Below are positions 1-8,442 of a DNA stretch of 15,575 nt, one piece after another; positions within the stretch are counted from its first letter, which is position 1, and each line of letters begins with the position of its first letter. Source of the stretch: Histomonas meleagridis 2922-C6/04-290x (lineage: Eukaryota > Protista > Parabasalia). Location: positions 1 through 15,575 of the forward strand of contig JAANOX010000100.1 in NCBI GenBank assembly GCA_020184695.1, written 5' to 3'. The notes beneath the pieces were generated by a model. The model had not been told where the DNA came from, searched no databases, and saw only the letters and a program-made list of their open reading frames with translations. Made by a program: the position numbers and the translations under genes.

Positions 1-2
1 CT

Positions 3-460
3 TTTATTTTAAGAACTGAAGATTGTCATGATCAAAATGCACCATTTAATCAATCACAAGAAACTAGATTAAGAATTACTCATGGTGATCATATGATTTC
101 ACAAATAACTGAAGGTTTTATTAATTTTAAACTTAGAATAACTATACAGGGTACTATCCTATAACCGTGAAGAATTTGAATAGGTAGTATTCAAAAAGTG
201 AAGGTCACATTCAATCATAATGGAAAAGTTGAATGAGGTGTAATTCTCATTCAAATATTGGTTAGCAATTTGTTATATGAAAAAATATTTTCATTCAATC
301 TCATTTCGAATGATTTACAATTATAGGCATGTTTTTTTGAACAAAAATAGAAAATGCCAACGATTGTGTGGAATAAATGTTGTGGAATAGTAGTATATCG
401 ATATTACATCATTATTTCAATGAGCAATTAATTTAATTATATCCATTCAATTAGATATTA
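3..460 (+). pseudogene. Probable remnant of Maverick major-capsid-like gene (N-terminal part)
   Basis: The frame from nt 3 reads FILRTEDCHDQNAPFNQSQETRLRITHGDHMISQITEGFINFKLRITIQ, and later fragments read WNKCCGIVV / DITSLFQ. These resemble, from memory, parabasalid Maverick capsid-like proteins. Multiple stops and frameshifts; the right boundary is approximate. Confidence 0.4.
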
Positions 461-468
461 TAGTTAAA

Positions 469-1114
469 GATCAACATGGTATGGCAAAACTTGTAAATGG
501 ATGGACAGTTAAAACACAAGATCCTTATGAGAGAGAATATATCAATTTTTTAGAAAATAATTATGCGGATCCATATAATAGAGAAATTAGAAGAGCAAAT
601 GGTGAATGCATTCAATGGTGAATATTATAGAACAACCGGTGTTATAAATATTTATAAAACGCATAAACCAAGAAGGCGAACAGCAAATCAAGTATTTACT
701 AGTTTTGTTATTAAGAAACTTTATTCTGATTATATTAAAAAATTAAACGAAAGCTTGGTACATAAATATCCTAATCCGACAGATCGTGAAAATGTAATTA
801 AATCATACAAAGCAAGGAATCCAATAATTAGTGTATCTGGTTATTATTATAATGATCTCATTATTATTCCAAAAGTCGTAAAATTATATACAAAACAAGG
901 AATTAAAGATGGAAAAAATGCAAAGAAATACATTAGACCAAATACAGGTGAAAATTATTATACAAGTGCTGCAAAACTAATTGTTTCAGAATATTTATCA
1001 GACAAAGATGGATGTTTAGATAAATTCAGTCGACAATTCGATATAGAATTAATGCAAAAAATAGGTATATATAAAAAAAAAATTTCGCTTGAATCATTAT
1101 TTTTTTATGATTAA
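469..1114 (+). pseudogene. Maverick-associated hypothetical protein, frameshifted near 555-590
   Basis: An upstream frame (DQHGMAKLVNGWTVKTQDPYEREYINFLENNY) shifts into the 183-aa ORF 563..1114 (MVNAFNGEYY...LIVSEYLSDKDGCLDKFSRQFDIELMQKIG). It resembles recalled trichomonad Maverick ORFs and overlaps the next gene by 8 nt. Confidence 0.45.
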
Positions 1115-1635
1115 AATAAGTGATTTCTCACCCCATGTAGGGAAGAATAATACTGAACATAATAGTTCTAGTGCTAATTGTAAAGTTATTATTATTAATA
1201 ATAACAATAGTGAAAAACCAGCACATTATCCTGAAGTTAATGAAGAAACATCAAAAATAATTACAAGAGAAACTGAACTTAATACTGATAATGCAAGTGC
1301 TTTATATAAACATATAGCTTTAACATTTAGTGCAATATTAAAAACAAATAATATAAAATTAATAGCAAATTTAATTGATAATAGTGGAGAAAAATTATTA
1401 TTAATGCTAATGATTTAGTACAAGCTATAAGTTTAATTTTTAGAAATTGATTTTGAAGCAATTTAGATTAAGTTATGAAGATCCTGAACCTGGATGTTTA
1501 AAACATGTAAATCCAATTAAAAAAGTTAACTCAATTAAGATTAATGGTTATGATTTTAGTTCTCAATATAATAAAGAATATAACACATTAATGGATGAAT
1601 TTAATATATCATTAGAAAAAGTATTTATTTATTAA
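1107..1635 (+). pseudogene. Conserved trichomonad Maverick hypothetical protein, disrupted by frameshifts at about 1390-1470
   Basis: ATG at 1107. The pieces YPEVNEETSKIITRETELNTDNASALYKHIA...NIKLIANLIDNSGEK / IIINANDLVQAISLIF / RLSYEDPEPGCLKHVNPIKKV...EYNTLMDEFNISLEKVFIY join ORFs 1089..1418 and 1447..1635 across frame changes. The joined protein resembles a recalled T. vaginalis Maverick protein. Confidence 0.55.
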
Positions 1636-3245
1636 AATTAATATGATAAGGCACAGGATTTAATAAATATCTTGGTACTGACATTTTTATACCTTTTTCA
1701 TTATAAATATTATATTTACCTTTCTCGAAATTATCTACTATATAAATATCTGATAATATTTTTGATCTCTTTTTTAATTGATCTGTGTTATAAACTGTTA
1801 CTGTTGTACCAGGAGGTAAATAAAATCCTTCTTGATTTATAATTTTATCATTTAATTTATGTAACTCTAAACCAAAAGATTTTTCCTTGATTAAAAGCTT
1901 CTAATGGTGAAATTTTTTTGTGATTTAATTGACTTAATGTTTTATGATAAGTATTATTATAATTATTAACAATTTTCTTCATATGATATGGATCTATTTC
2001 TTTTAAACCCATATTATCAGCTATATCTATAATAGTTCTGCAAATTCTATTAATTATAGCTAAAGAAGTATGAATAGGATAAGATTTATCTTCTAAAATT
2101 ATTCTTTTTACTGGAATTATTTTTACACCAGATAAATGTGCTATTATATATTGTAAAGGTTTTGATAAAAATGTTCTTTCAGAATCACAATGTATAATTT
2201 TAGGATTAAATCCTGCATTATATAATATAAATAAAGCTTTAGCTATAGATTCTATTGATTTCTTTGTAGTTATTTTATCATTTATTTTTGTATTAGTATA
2301 GGCATAAAATAAAAATCTAGACCTAATTTCAACTGCTAATAAATAACAATATTTTTGTTTCTGTTTTAGTGGTTTCATCATAACCAGAAAAAAATAAATC
2401 CATTTGATATTCACCATTATTACCAATATATTTTAGTTGATATTTTTTATTTCTTTTATAAGGAAAATAATGTATATTAGGTTTAAATTGAGGATCTAAT
2501 TTTGAATAATCAATATGATATGGAAGTAAATAGTTATCAAATAAATATTTGTTTTTCGAACGAGATTTGAAACCTGTGTTAATATAAGGTGAATTCTTAG
2601 AATCTTCATAAATATTATAATTTTTCTATATATATTGTCATAAGGAAATTTACTAAAATATTGTAACAAATAATTACTATAAGCAGAATCGAATGTAAAT
2701 ACGTTCCCAATTTTATTATCAATTATTTCAATACCATATAAATATTTCCTTAATTCTTCACAATATTTATTAAATTTGAGAGGCTTTTTTTTAGCTTCAA
2801 AAACTTTGTGTGCAAACATCTCATTCAATTTTATAATAATCGTTCTAATATAATATTCATAATGCTCTGGAATTGTTTTTCTTCCAATTTTTTCATTAAT
2901 AGGTGTAATTTTTTCAGTTTTGATATAAGGTTTAATAAAATTATATTCAAATTGCTTATAATCGTCAAATTGTTTATTTTTAAATTGATCATCTGTTGTT
3001 CTTTCTAAGCTCACATCTATATAATAATTAACTAAATTGTTGTATGTTTCAACTAATGGCTTTGTACCAGTATTAAATTCAGGTGTAAAATTAAACTCCC
3101 TATTATATTTTTCATTCAAAAAATTAATAAAATTTTGAAGACTCAAATTACCTTTTAATTGTGAATTTTGATTATTTAATTCATTTTTAATCAATTTTTC
3201 GAATGAATCTTGTATTTCTCTTCTTCTTTTATAAACCGGATCCAT
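1625..3245 (-). pseudogene. Maverick retroviral-like (rve/DDE) integrase with long N-terminal region; three frameshifts
   Basis: Reconstructed across frameshifts at about 2620, 2353 and 1890: N-terminal ORF (MDPVYKRR...) -> YNIYEDS...GEYQMDLFF (first D at 2398-2400) -> YCYLLAVEIRSRFLFY...IHCDSERTF (second D at 2184-2186)...HTSLAIINRICRTI...VNNYNNTYHKTL...SPLEAF -> SFGLELH...LPPGTTVTVYN...VPRYLLNP, stop at 1625-1627. Confidence 0.8.
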
Positions 3246-3621
3246 ATTTGCTTAAGAAGTTCTATCAATTGTTGCTTATTGTCTATTTGATGTTTTGCTA
3301 CAATTCGCTTCATGTACCCCCACAGGTGCTCGATCGGATTTAGATCGGGGCTATTTGCTGGCCATTATCAATAGAAGTATAAACTTTTCTAAGCAAATCA
3401 TGACTGATATGTTTTCCATTAAAAATCTGCTGCCTAGCTTCATGTTGCGACATGCCTAGACTTTTAAACGTTGCTATTGCTTGAATTCGTTCCATTTTTA
3501 AATCGATATCTTTTTTATATTTGATTGACATTGAAAATGTTTTGCATTTTTTACTTATATTTTGTATAGTTTATTAGTGTCACTTTTGATAACTTTTTGT
3601 GCGAATTTTTGTGCCAGCCTA
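3240..3621 (-). mobile_element. Internally deleted, 3'-truncated Tc1-family (DD34E) transposon
   Basis: The N-terminal HTH-like ORF 3340..3531 is joined out of frame to WPANSPDLNPIEHLWGYMKRIVAKHQIDNKQQLIELLKQIW (motif at 3320-3364, catalytic E at 3329-3331), the canonical Tc1 SPDLNPIE motif. Candidate 5' TIR TA-GGCTGGCACAAAAATTCGCAC reads leftward from 3621; the partner TIR is absent. Confidence 0.85.
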
Positions 3622-3876
3622 TGAGTCTTCGTTTGTGCATAATGAATTGCTTTTTGTTTTCACTACTTTACGTTTTATGATCCATCAAAAAGTTGAAAAA
3701 TTTCGTATATAAAAATTAGAAGTTTTATAGTATAAACGCCGGTTGATACGATAAAACTTTCAATTCTATACCACTTTTTTTCAGGAAAAAATTAAATGAA
3801 TAACCGTTAATTTTAGAATTCGTTTTCAAGACCTTAATTTATTAATAAAAAAGTTCATATAAAACATTTTTATTAA

Positions 3877-4063
3877 ATGCTATTTGAACAACTTGTTGAA
3901 GAAAGCAGACTTCAAGAACGAAATTCAATTAGACCAAATTCTTCTAACACATACAATAGTTATATTAAAACGTATGAATAAAAAAATTAAAAGAAATTGA
4001 AGGAGCACCTGAACAATTTCCTATTGCAGATGAAAAAATGAGGGCATTCTTATGTTATATTAA
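3877..4063 (+). pseudogene. Probable N-terminal fragment of a tyrosine-recombinase (Crypton-like) element gene
   Basis: MLFEQLVEESRLQERNSIRPNSSNTYNSYIKTYE* then a frameshift to KLKEIEGAPEQFPIADEKMRAFLCYIK. This resembles SAM-like core-binding N-termini of recalled parabasalid tyrosine recombinases. Inr-like TCATA lies about 20 nt upstream; the catalytic domain is absent. Confidence 0.4.
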
Positions 4064-4426
4064 AGTTCCTTCAAATGTATCAAATGTAGTTGCAATGAAA
4101 TATGATGAAGCACTTATATCAGTATAAGTATTATTACTTTGTTTTTTCTGTGTTACTGAATCAAAACATAATCTTCCATATTCTTTATTATCGATATCAT
4201 ACCCATTTTTATCATGCATATCTATATAAGGACCTATTTCTAAAACAGCATCGTTTTTAATAACTGCAATTGAAGGAACATCGATATCTAAATTTGAATA
4301 TGAAGGAGATGAATTAAAAGCAAAATTAATAATTGTTGAACATGTGATATTTTTTGTATTTGATGCTGTGTGAATATCTGTCAAATCATTATAACTATGT
4401 GTATGACCGATTAATGAGGAATTCAT
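4055..4426 (-). pseudogene. Fragment of HTH(S/T)-repeat fibre/spike-like protein, probably Maverick-derived
   Basis: 123-aa ORF containing GHTHSYNDLTDIHT, a motif type seen in phage tail-fibre-like repeats. It is S/T/N-rich with a beta-like composition and is truncated by neighbouring fragments. Confidence 0.35.
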
Positions 4427-4615
4427 TTATATTGAATCTTGTTAAAGTGATTAAAGCAATTTCTTTTTTGTTATTAATCAAAACTTCGAATATATTTCTT
4501 ACTGGAATTTCATCTTCATTGTTATCTTCATTTAAATTACTGTTATCACCGAATATCATAATTCTTTTTTAATATTGTTGCTGTAAAGCCAAATATACTG
4601 ATCAATGTTGTTCAT
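4420..4615 (-). pseudogene. 5' fragment of an unidentified host-type gene
   Basis: Double Inr-like TCACTTCACT lies just upstream of the ATG at 4615. It reads MNNIDQYIWLYSNNIKK then, after a 1-nt shift in an A-run, RIMIFGDNSNLNEDNNEDEIPVRNIFEVLINNKKEIALITL, and runs into the fibre-like fragment. Confidence 0.3.
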
Positions 4616-4869
4616 TTAAGTGAAGTGATAATTTTTACTTTTCGATTGAATTGAATTCACCATCATTCAAAATTCAAAGTTTTGATAATATTATGTAATT
4701 ATAACCGTTATCTATTCAATTTTTATTTGAAAAATTTGGATTTTTTTCAAAAAAATTATTTCGAGTGCATGTTTTTTCGATTTTCGAATATTTACCAATT
4801 TCCAGCGGTTTTTCGATTTTCAGTGTATTATCAAAAAAGTGTGTTAATTTTCTCGAAAATCCTCTAGTT

Positions 4870-5622
4870 ATGACCTTATTAGCAGTATAATGTCAATATA
4901 ATATAAACAGAGATCTCGTCATTGTGATTGTCATTATCATCAATATCATATATATTTTTATTAATGTATTTACTACAGAATTAATTACATATATAGTTGA
5001 TATTATACATATATATAATTCGAATAACATAATTTTCTTATAAAGATAAAATATATAATGTTTAATGAAACAATTGATTATATAATATCATCATATGATG
5101 ATAGTAATTATTATAATGATATTAATGTTAACTTACCTTTACCATATACAAGATATGCTAAAAATTTTAGCATCATCAACAACAAAATGTAATATAGTTG
5201 TAATTGAATAAAATTATTATATTACAATTAATAATAAAACATATTATAATAATCATATATGAACGGGATCGAATTATACAGAATTTACACAATTATTCAC
5301 ACAATTTTAAGGTAATATTTTTGTTTGAACTGATTTTGCAAATAGACTAATTACTAGCAAAATTTATAACAATTGATTTATAAAAAAATCCATTATTGAA
5401 TAATACTTCTTGTTGAGCAATTAATTTTGAATAAGTATATGATTTACCAGATCCCATATAAGCAATTAGAGCACAAATACCATTTTGAGCAAATAAATAT
5501 TTTTCATGAATTGGTTTTATTAATGTATTATTTAAAATATCTCCATTCTGATTACTTATTTTATTGAAGTTGTTATCAATTTCTTTAGACTTTCTATCAA
5601 TATCGTTATTTGATTTTTTCAT
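4870..5622 (-). pseudogene. Maverick DNA-packaging ATPase (FtsK/HerA superfamily), intact N-terminus and decayed C-terminus
   Basis: ORF 5347..5622 has NGICALIAYMGSGKSYTYSKLIAQQE (Walker A). A possible Walker-B remnant HFVVDDA lies near 5180-5200. The distal part is heavily degenerate, so the lower boundary is uncertain. Confidence 0.7.
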
Positions 5623-5661
5623 CGTTTTATAAAAAATAAAACTTATTTTACTTCTAATATA

Positions 5662-5799
5662 ATGGAAGACTTTAAGAAACTAATTTCTTCAGTATTCAAA
5701 GATCTTAATTATAATGCTATCGAATTTAAATTTAATCATAGTGTTAAAGAAAGCTTTAATAAGAATGTTATTCATAATGTAATGTATAATGTTATTTGA
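5662..5799 (+). pseudogene. N-terminal stub of a Maverick gene divergent from the ATPase (possibly the protein-primed DNA polymerase B)
   Basis: MEDFKKLISSVFKDLNYNAIEFKFNHSVKESFNKNVIHNV... starts 40 nt from the ATPase ATG, head-to-head. No polymerase motifs are present, so the identity is an inference from position and recalled similarity. Confidence 0.3.
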
Positions 5800-5915
5800 T
5801 GTAATGTATAATGTTATTCATAATATAATGTATAATGTTTTTTATTAATGTTCTTTATGATGTTATTTATCAATGTTCTCAAGAATGTAATGTATAATGT
5901 TATGCATAATGTCAT
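5761..5915 (+). repeat. Degenerate 12/24-bp minisatellite (TAATGTAATGTA/TAATGTTATTCA)
   Basis: AATGTAATGTATAATGTTAT-like blocks recur at about 5778, 5798, 5823 (variant) and 5884, with intervening AATGTT-type 12-mers. Confidence 0.75.
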
Positions 5916-5924
5916 TAAGAAATA

Positions 5925-6135
5925 TTATACATAAATGTTATCCTTAAATGAACATAATAATAAATGATCAGTGATAATAAATAATAAAGAATGATAAATA
6001 TAATGTTTAATAATAAATAACAAATAATGATGAATATTATGATTAATTAGTAATGATAAATGTGTAAAATTTATTATGATATATAATAATGATCGAATAG
6101 AATAATTAATAATAAATAATGTATGCATATATTAG
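5925..6135. repeat. AT-rich low-complexity tract (AAT/TAA-rich)
   Basis: Imperfect runs of ATAATAAAT(G/A); almost no G or C. Confidence 0.55.
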
Positions 6136-6650
6136 TATGTATTATTTATAATAATCATCTAAATTTTGAATGCAATCAAATTGAGATTTAGAAATTAATA
6201 AAACACTAATATAATAAGCAATAATTATTGATGTTCATTCATATATTAATATTAATAAAATATTTTATTTATCATTTTTGATGGAGATATTTGTATTTCG
6301 AACAAAAAATCATATATGAGTCAAATAATTGAATACTCATTTAATAATTGAATGCGACTCAATTTTCCGAAAAATATCATCGGTTTTTCCCATTTATACA
6401 AAATATCTTAATAATAAAACATTATAGATATATGTTTTTAAATGTGTAGATTCGATTAATGCTATTGGAATTTAAAAATAAAAATATTTTTTTAAATTGA
6501 TCTTATTTAATTTTAGAATTAATTTTTTGAAGATTTAGCATTAAATTATTCTATTACTTTATATAAGCTATATTATATATTAATTTCATCAAAAATCATT
6601 AAGTTTGATTTTTGTCGTTTAAAAAAATCAAAAAAAATTGGAATTTTTTA

Positions 6651-6991
6651 CGGTTAGCGTGGATTCAAAAAAGTGCGTATTTGAATGGTTTATAACGAAA
6701 AGCGCGTATAAAAGTGCGTATGCATTCCACATTCCCTTGTTAGCGTGGCTTTTTCTTTTCTACCTTCATATGTTTGCCACTTTTCGATATTCATTTCCCA
6801 TTTGTGGTATCATCCACGAATGGTAGATTCAAAAATGTTTTACTGTTTTGATAATCGAAGAATTGTTCCTCTGGTTTTGTTGGGAAAATGTCCAAAAATG
6901 TTGTTGCATAATTCTTTGTGAATATGATCCCTGTGTGGAGACTTGGAATATGAAATCTTTTGGGTTTTCAACTTGACAAATGGCGCACCAT
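6651..6991 (-). mobile_element. Probable degenerate DDE (pogo/Tc1-superfamily) transposon remnant: HTH N-terminus plus one subterminal region
   Basis: The minus strand reads MVRHLSS*KPKRFHIPS / HKELCNNIFGHFPNKTRGTILRLSKQ*NIFESTIRG*YHKWEMNIEKW, an HTH-like pattern (LSKQxNIxxSTIxxW) with nonsense changes. Adjacent repeats AAAAG(T/C)GCGTAT occur three times (6669-6721) and GTTAGCGTGG twice (6653, 6739). Confidence 0.4.
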
Positions 6992-7079
6992 TCAAATTTT
7001 TTCGATGGAATTCGCGATTTGTAGGAAACCTAGGTTGCCCACACAGGGCAATAACAAAATGAAAGTTACAAAATGATCT

Positions 7080-7087
7080 AACCGTTT
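7080..7087 (+). promoter_or_regulatory. M3-like (Myb-type) trichomonad core promoter motif upstream of the CK2-like gene
   Basis: AACCGTTT fits the T. vaginalis M3 consensus RRCSGTTD and ends 23 nt before the ATG at 7111. It is a short motif, so a chance match is possible. Confidence 0.35.
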
Positions 7088-7110
7088 TAGAATGTATTTG
7101 TTACATATCA

Positions 7111-8133
7111 ATGAAACCGTTTAATCAAACACGAAGCCACCCAATAACTCACTATAAAATAAATACAATTTCATCAGTATACACATACTTCAATCAGTTT
7201 CTTATTCCTGACCCAGTTAAAGAAATTGAAAAATATGAAATTAAATATGGGGATATCGAAAAATACAGAATAATTTCACCCATTGGCTGTGGCAAATATT
7301 CTCTAGTATTTGTCGGTCAAAGTGACAAAGGTTTATGTGCCATCAAAGTTCTTAAAGAAGTTTCATATGATAAAGTGAAAAGGGAATTTTTTATTTTAAA
7401 TCGCATTCGTTCTTTAACACCCAATGTCCTCCAATACCGTGATGCCATTGTTGACTCTCTAACAAGAACTTTATCCATTGTAACTGATTATGTCCAATTT
7501 GATTCCCCAGACAAACTTTATCCCTCCTTTACCATTGAAGATGTTCGATACTACATGTTTCTTCTTCTCCATACTCTTGATAGATGTCATTCAGTTGGTG
7601 TTATGCATCGAGATATTAAACCAGGAAATGTTTTAATTCATCATAAACAACAAAAACTTACACTTATTGACTGGGGACTTTCGGAACTTTATTATCCATA
7701 TAAACAATATACAGTTCGTGTTTCAACTATGAGATATAAAGCTCCCGAACTTTTAATCGGATATCATTTTTATGATTATGGCATTGACGTATGGAGCGCC
7801 GGATGTGTAATGGCCGAAATGTTATTTGAAATTGGCTTTATTACAGGTACGAATTATATTGAAGTGTTACAAAGTATTGGTAACATATTCGGGAAAGATC
7901 AAATTTTGCAATACATTGATAAACTCGGAGTGGAACTAACAGATTGCTATATAAATGCTATAAATAATTGTGAAGAAAGAGGATTTGAGAAAAGAATCGC
8001 ATTAATGAAGCCGTACATGAGAAATGCAGATGCTTTAGACTTGTTACAAAAATTAATGTGTATTGATCATACAGAAAGAATCACTGCAAGAGACGCACTG
8101 AGACATCCTTTCTTCGCGAGCTTGATATCTTGA
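7111..8133 (+). CDS. Casein kinase II alpha-like Ser/Thr kinase (CMGC), divergent paralog
   Basis: Intact 340-aa ORF: GCGKYSLVF, AIKVLK, HSVGVMHRDIKPGNVLI, the CK2-diagnostic LIDWGLSELY, YTVRVSTMRYKAPELL, YDYGIDVWSAGC and ERITARDALRHPFF. Confidence 0.92.
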   Translation: MKPFNQTRSHPITHYKINTISSVYTYFNQFLIPDPVKEIEKYEIKYGDIEKYRIISPIGCGKYSLVFVGQSDKGLCAIKVLKEVSYDKVKREFFILNRIRSLTPNVLQYRDAIVDSLTRTLSIVTDYVQFDSPDKLYPSFTIEDVRYYMFLLLHTLDRCHSVGVMHRDIKPGNVLIHHKQQKLTLIDWGLSELYYPYKQYTVRVSTMRYKAPELLIGYHFYDYGIDVWSAGCVMAEMLFEIGFITGTNYIEVLQSIGNIFGKDQILQYIDKLGVELTDCYINAINNCEERGFEKRIALMKPYMRNADALDLLQKLMCIDHTERITARDALRHPFFASLIS

Positions 8134-8303
8134 TGTACATATGTAATTTGTTTTAAAATATATTCAAATAACACTTAATGTTTTTTTATTGATCATTAAA
8201 CTTTCCAAAAAAGGTTTGTAAACCAATTCGCAGACTTGCACAAGGTTAAGCTTTTGATGCTCGTTTCAATTTTTAAACTTTATTCTTTAAAAAAGACATT
8301 GCA

Positions 8304-8323
8304 ATGTGAATTCGAATTCACAT
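8304..8323. repeat. Perfect 20-bp palindrome ATGTGAATTCGAATTCACAT
   Basis: ATGTGAATTC (8304-8313) is followed directly by its reverse complement. Confidence 0.9.
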
Positions 8324-8334
8324 AAAATTTGTTT

Positions 8335-8442
8335 TTTATTGATTTCATCAAGAAAATTCGACTTGAGTATTTTTGGTGTAACAATTTCTTTATTGATTTC
8401 ATCAAGAAAATTCGACTTGAGTATTTTTGGTGTAACAATTTC
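8335..8442. repeat. Perfect 54-bp tandem duplication
   Basis: TTTATTGATTTCATCAAGAAAATTCGACTTGAGTATTTTTGGTGTAACAATTTC occurs at 8335-8388 and 8389-8442. Confidence 0.95.

Larger units (their letters stand above)
1..5799. mobile_element. Mosaic of decayed Maverick/Polinton fragments interleaved with other transposon remnants
   Basis: Contains a retroviral-like integrase and a Walker-A packaging ATPase (both Maverick hallmark genes), tightly overlapping ORFs, many frameshifts and stops, and abrupt junctions. No Maverick terminal inverted repeat was seen. Confidence 0.8.

Noticed and set aside
2808-3008. Listed 66-aa plus-strand ORF (similarly 4354..4572, 4682..4867, 5925..6128, 6638..6826)
   Set aside because: These are antisense shadows of other genes or low-complexity AT-rich frames with no motif support.
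469-3242. GATC sites at some fragment junctions (469, 3239) suggesting ligation or Hi-C chimeras
   Set aside because: GATC occurs many times across the window, and other junctions lack it.
1-5799. Frameshifts as long-read homopolymer errors hiding an intact Maverick
   Set aside because: The adjacent host genes (over 4.5 kb of CDS) have no indels, and the remnants also carry nonsense codons and truncations. Raw reads would be the definitive test.
7035-7051. Small hairpin TTGCCC-ACACA-GGGCAA as an ncRNA
   Set aside because: A 6-bp stem only, with no recognisable snRNA, snoRNA or tRNA motifs around it.
6651-7084. CGGTTAG (6651) and CTAACCG (7078) as terminal inverted repeats
   Set aside because: Only 7-8 bp match, the sequences diverge immediately inward, and there is no TA duplication on the right.
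7065-7090. Possible 26-nt short intron GTTAC...TCTAACCGTTTTAG upstream of the CK2-like gene
   Set aside because: Splicing from the ATG at 7059 gives only MKNVFVTYQ*, out of frame with the kinase. The same bases are explained by an M3-like promoter motif, and trichomonad 5' UTRs are usually very short.
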